A DNA stretch of 64,000 bases from assembly GCA_002269645.1 (NCBI GenBank), contig NIVC01001037.1:62001-126000 (forward strand). The letters run 5' to 3'. Each line of letters opens with the position of its first letter. The first letter of the stretch is position 1. This document shows, piece after piece, positions 60,856 through 64,000 of this stretch. The notes beneath the pieces were generated by a model. That model had not been told where the DNA came from. It made no database searches and saw nothing but the letters and a program-made list of their open reading frames with translations. A program made the translations under genes and the position numbers. The stretch is from Macrostomum lignano (Eukaryota).

Positions 60856-63797
60856 CTGGATGATGGGGCAAAGTCAATGATTGTAATCTTATAATTTATT
60901 TATATTAAGGGAATACTAATAGTTTATATTAATATAGAGAATTTACTTCTACTAATAAATAAAGTACATATATTTACAAGCATGCATATATGTTGCCTAT
61001 TTGAGCCAACTAGCAGAATCCCCAAGTTATTCCGAAAATCAAATTATTTTACTACTAAACCCTTGTGTTTTTAATGAAAAACTATTGTTTTGACTTTTAA
61101 TAGTTTAACTTTCATTTTATATGGATATTGCTACATATACAGACCTAAATTAGTCTAGTCTTTGGGTTTACTTATGTGGCAAATGGATTTCTGGCAATAT
61201 GGCTAGTTTATATTTTGGTATCCAAATATACACTAGGCAGCTATCCAAAATGCATAGTCCATATCATGCTTGGAGTTACACCAGAAGAAAACTGATGAAA
61301 TTTTATCATTTATGCTTGACTTATGTTAGGCTTAAGCACTGCATGCTAGGCATAATGCTTAGACTAAGGGAGGGGGTGCAGGGCAATTTGTACAAACATT
61401 TTTCAATTCAAAAAGTTTCATGTTTCCACTTGTATATTATAGTTAAAACTCTATAAATACTAAAGTATAAAAAAATGTAAAAGTTGTTGCATTATAGTAC
61501 AATTTCTAGATTTTGAACTTTGTTTTTTACTTTCTATAAATAATAAAATATAGTTAGTTCTTTGAATTCTTCATTTTATTAGGCTTACAAAATAAGGTAA
61601 TTTTTAACCAATACATGGTTAGGCCTATTATATGCCAGGCCAGAAGATAATATAGTTGTTTTTATGCTCTAGCCATTTGTGCCAATCTACTTTTCTATCA
61701 ATTCTTTTGCTAGGCATTAATACTAAGGCTAATTTTTTTCTAGATTTCTAGATGCTAGTTTTCTAGTATAATTTTAACAAAATGGACTATGGTCCAAAAT
61801 ATAACCAAAGTGCCTAGAATATTTGTATATATAAATAATAACTATGCAATTTAAAATTATTTAGAATAAGTTGGATTTTGTGCTTTTGAAAAAAAATATT
61901 GACCATAATTAGGCCTAGCATAAAGAATGTTTTAGTTAATATTAGGCCTAAGTTTAAAAATTTGATCTAATATTATTTTGATCTATAACTTTCTAAAATA
62001 TAATTTTAATTGGCTTATATTATAGTTGCACTGTTAACATAGGACTTATACTTCTAAAAAGAACAAAATGTTATTGATTAAGTGATAGTTTAAGCAATAT
62101 TCAACGAAGTCTAAGATTAGACTTTAGACATAGGCCTAGGAAATCATGATTATGTGCATAGGCTTTTGTGAGTTTTTTAGGTTATTATATTTTTACATAT
62201 ATAGTAGGGCCTACAATTTTTTTCAATTTAAAAGCAGAGGCATATCAATAGAGCCTAGCTATATTTTGAATTTATTTAGTTTTAAAATATTTTTAAATTA
62301 AAAATGCAGCTCTTTGTCATAGGCCTAGAACATATGGCATTTGTAGGCTGCATCTTTTTATCTTAAGATTTATATGGGTGTGGATCTAGAATAGGGGACA
62401 TCAATCACTAAGGTAGGGCCTACATTGTACACGTAATGTATTATGTATATAATATTTATAGGCTTATGCTTTTGCTTATATACTATTTATTTTAGGGCCT
62501 ACAGGCTACAACCTACAAAAATGTGCACAGGCTAGGCCTAAGCTGTAAACAGGTGCCAGATCAAGTTCAGTACAGGTACAGAAATCTAATAATTTTATAT
62601 ATTTACCTCCATAAAAGACGACGACGAGTCACTTATTGTGTGGTTATCTTTAGAATTTTTGTCACCCGTACCATTCATACGACTAAATGGAAGCATATCG
62701 ACTTCTCGAGCAGATAATATTGCTCAAGAATTATTATTACAAAGTTATTGCCGTATCTATTATTAAAAAGTATTGGAATGACAGCAAGAAAAACGATTAC
62801 TTAATTAAAGAAAGAGAAAACAGACTTGAAGAATCATTTAGAGAGGCTTATTATCTCAAAACAAAATATTTCTCTAGACTTAGTGGATCAGCCAAGACTT
62901 AAGATTTTCTGAACACTTTGACTCAAGGGCACGCCAGTACATATACATTACACACTAGAAACGTGTGAAAATTTCTCGCATGCGGTCACAATTCCCCAAG
63001 TTAAATTTACTTCGCAGCTGTGTTCACGTGGTATAACAAGCATATTTTGTGTGAATTGCTTAAAACCAATAAAATCAGCTTTATGAAAACTGTATGTAAG
63101 AAATCAGCAGATTAGTATAAAATGCGATTGATATTAAAGCATCAAAGACTTGCAAAGAAAAAATCGCATTTACGTAACTTTGAGGAATTGTGATATCGTG
63201 GGGCTACATTATCGGTTTGTGGAGCAGCACGATACCTTCCAAATTCGTAAAAAATATTATTTTGATGCATTCTATTGTTCTATACAACACAGAGATGATC
63301 ACAAAGGTCAAGTACAGCTATCTAAACGTATAATTCTTCAGTGAATTTAGGGCGACCGATTAGCCAGATGGTCTTCCAATTCAATAACAGCAATTCTGAG
63401 ATCAGAACACATAGTTTCAGAGTAGTACCTTCTTTTATCTAATAAGTCCTTGTTTGTGCTACAAACGTTATAATATCACACATACAAGTATACGAGCTAC
63501 ATGTACAAACGTATGTACATGTACATGTGTTCAATTAATATAGAAGTAAATTTATACAATTCAATTCATTATTTTAGTGTTAGTTAATTTATAAAATGAT
63601 TTTTTAAAATAACATAACAGATAATAATAGGGTAAAAATTTTTCACGGAAGTTGAAAATGGAGTAGATGAGATGTCAGTGACCGCTATAATTATCTTCAG
63701 CTGCAGGGGCAAATGCATTTTCCAGCCGATGAGGAGCCGCGCTGCCTGGATACGCCCAGCTAGCCTGGCGTCGGTATGAGTGTGCTGCTAAAATGAG

Positions 63798-64000
63798 CAG
63801 TGTTGGGCACCAGTCCGTTAATAAGCGTTAAAGCGTTAAGATTTTTCATTAACGCTAACGGACTGCCGTTAAGCTTTTTTTGAACTAACGGATTGTTAAC
63901 GAATTTGCGTTAATAATTTTGTGAGTTACCGAAAAATTCATCGTTAACGTTAATGGCAATGTCAAATGACCAAAGACGCAAAGAAAGACCAAAATTTAAG
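63798..64000. mobile_element. Possible left end of a hAT-like non-autonomous element (runs off the window)
   Basis: CAGTGTTGGG start followed by dense CGTTA/TAACG subterminal motifs; the other end is not visible. Confidence 0.4.

Noticed and set aside
62687-63344. Short ORFs faintly like a GIY-YIG tail or a decayed transposase
   Set aside because: No diagnostic motif recognisable, AT-rich, and interrupted by stops

Overview
Eukaryotic (metazoan) genomic DNA with four spliced protein-coding genes whose introns are almost all filled by minisatellite arrays. The style (GC-rich codons, poly-Ala/Gln tracts, repeat-filled introns) suggests a flatworm such as Macrostomum; this is an inference. I reconstructed exons by hand from GT-AG sites and phase matching. 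(1) A furin-like proprotein convertase on the minus strand (ATG 4403, running off the left edge). (2) LARP1 on the plus strand (11438-19502, 9 exons, about 1197 aa, with La motif, PAM2 and DM15). (3) An RBM24/RBM38/SUP-12 family RRM gene on the plus strand (25206-40368, 5 exons including a 58-nt exon absent from the ORF track). (4) A large unnamed multi-zinc-finger gene on the minus strand (44973-60855, at least 9 exons, at least 1652 aa, start exon not found). The most notable observations are: a 4-copy, ~100-120 aa extended zinc-finger module in gene 4 that I cannot assign to a known family; families of intronic arrays sharing short cores within a locus (GGGCGATTCT in the ZnF locus, GTGTCAG and TACCCTC-TGATCCT in the RBM24 locus); inverted related arrays flanking one ZnF exon; RBM24-type binding motifs, a hairpin array and a six-CRE cluster in the RBM24 locus; nested hAT-like elements; and strong TAGGCCTA enrichment in AT-rich intergenic DNA. 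No CRISPR arrays, rRNA genes or intact tRNA genes were found.
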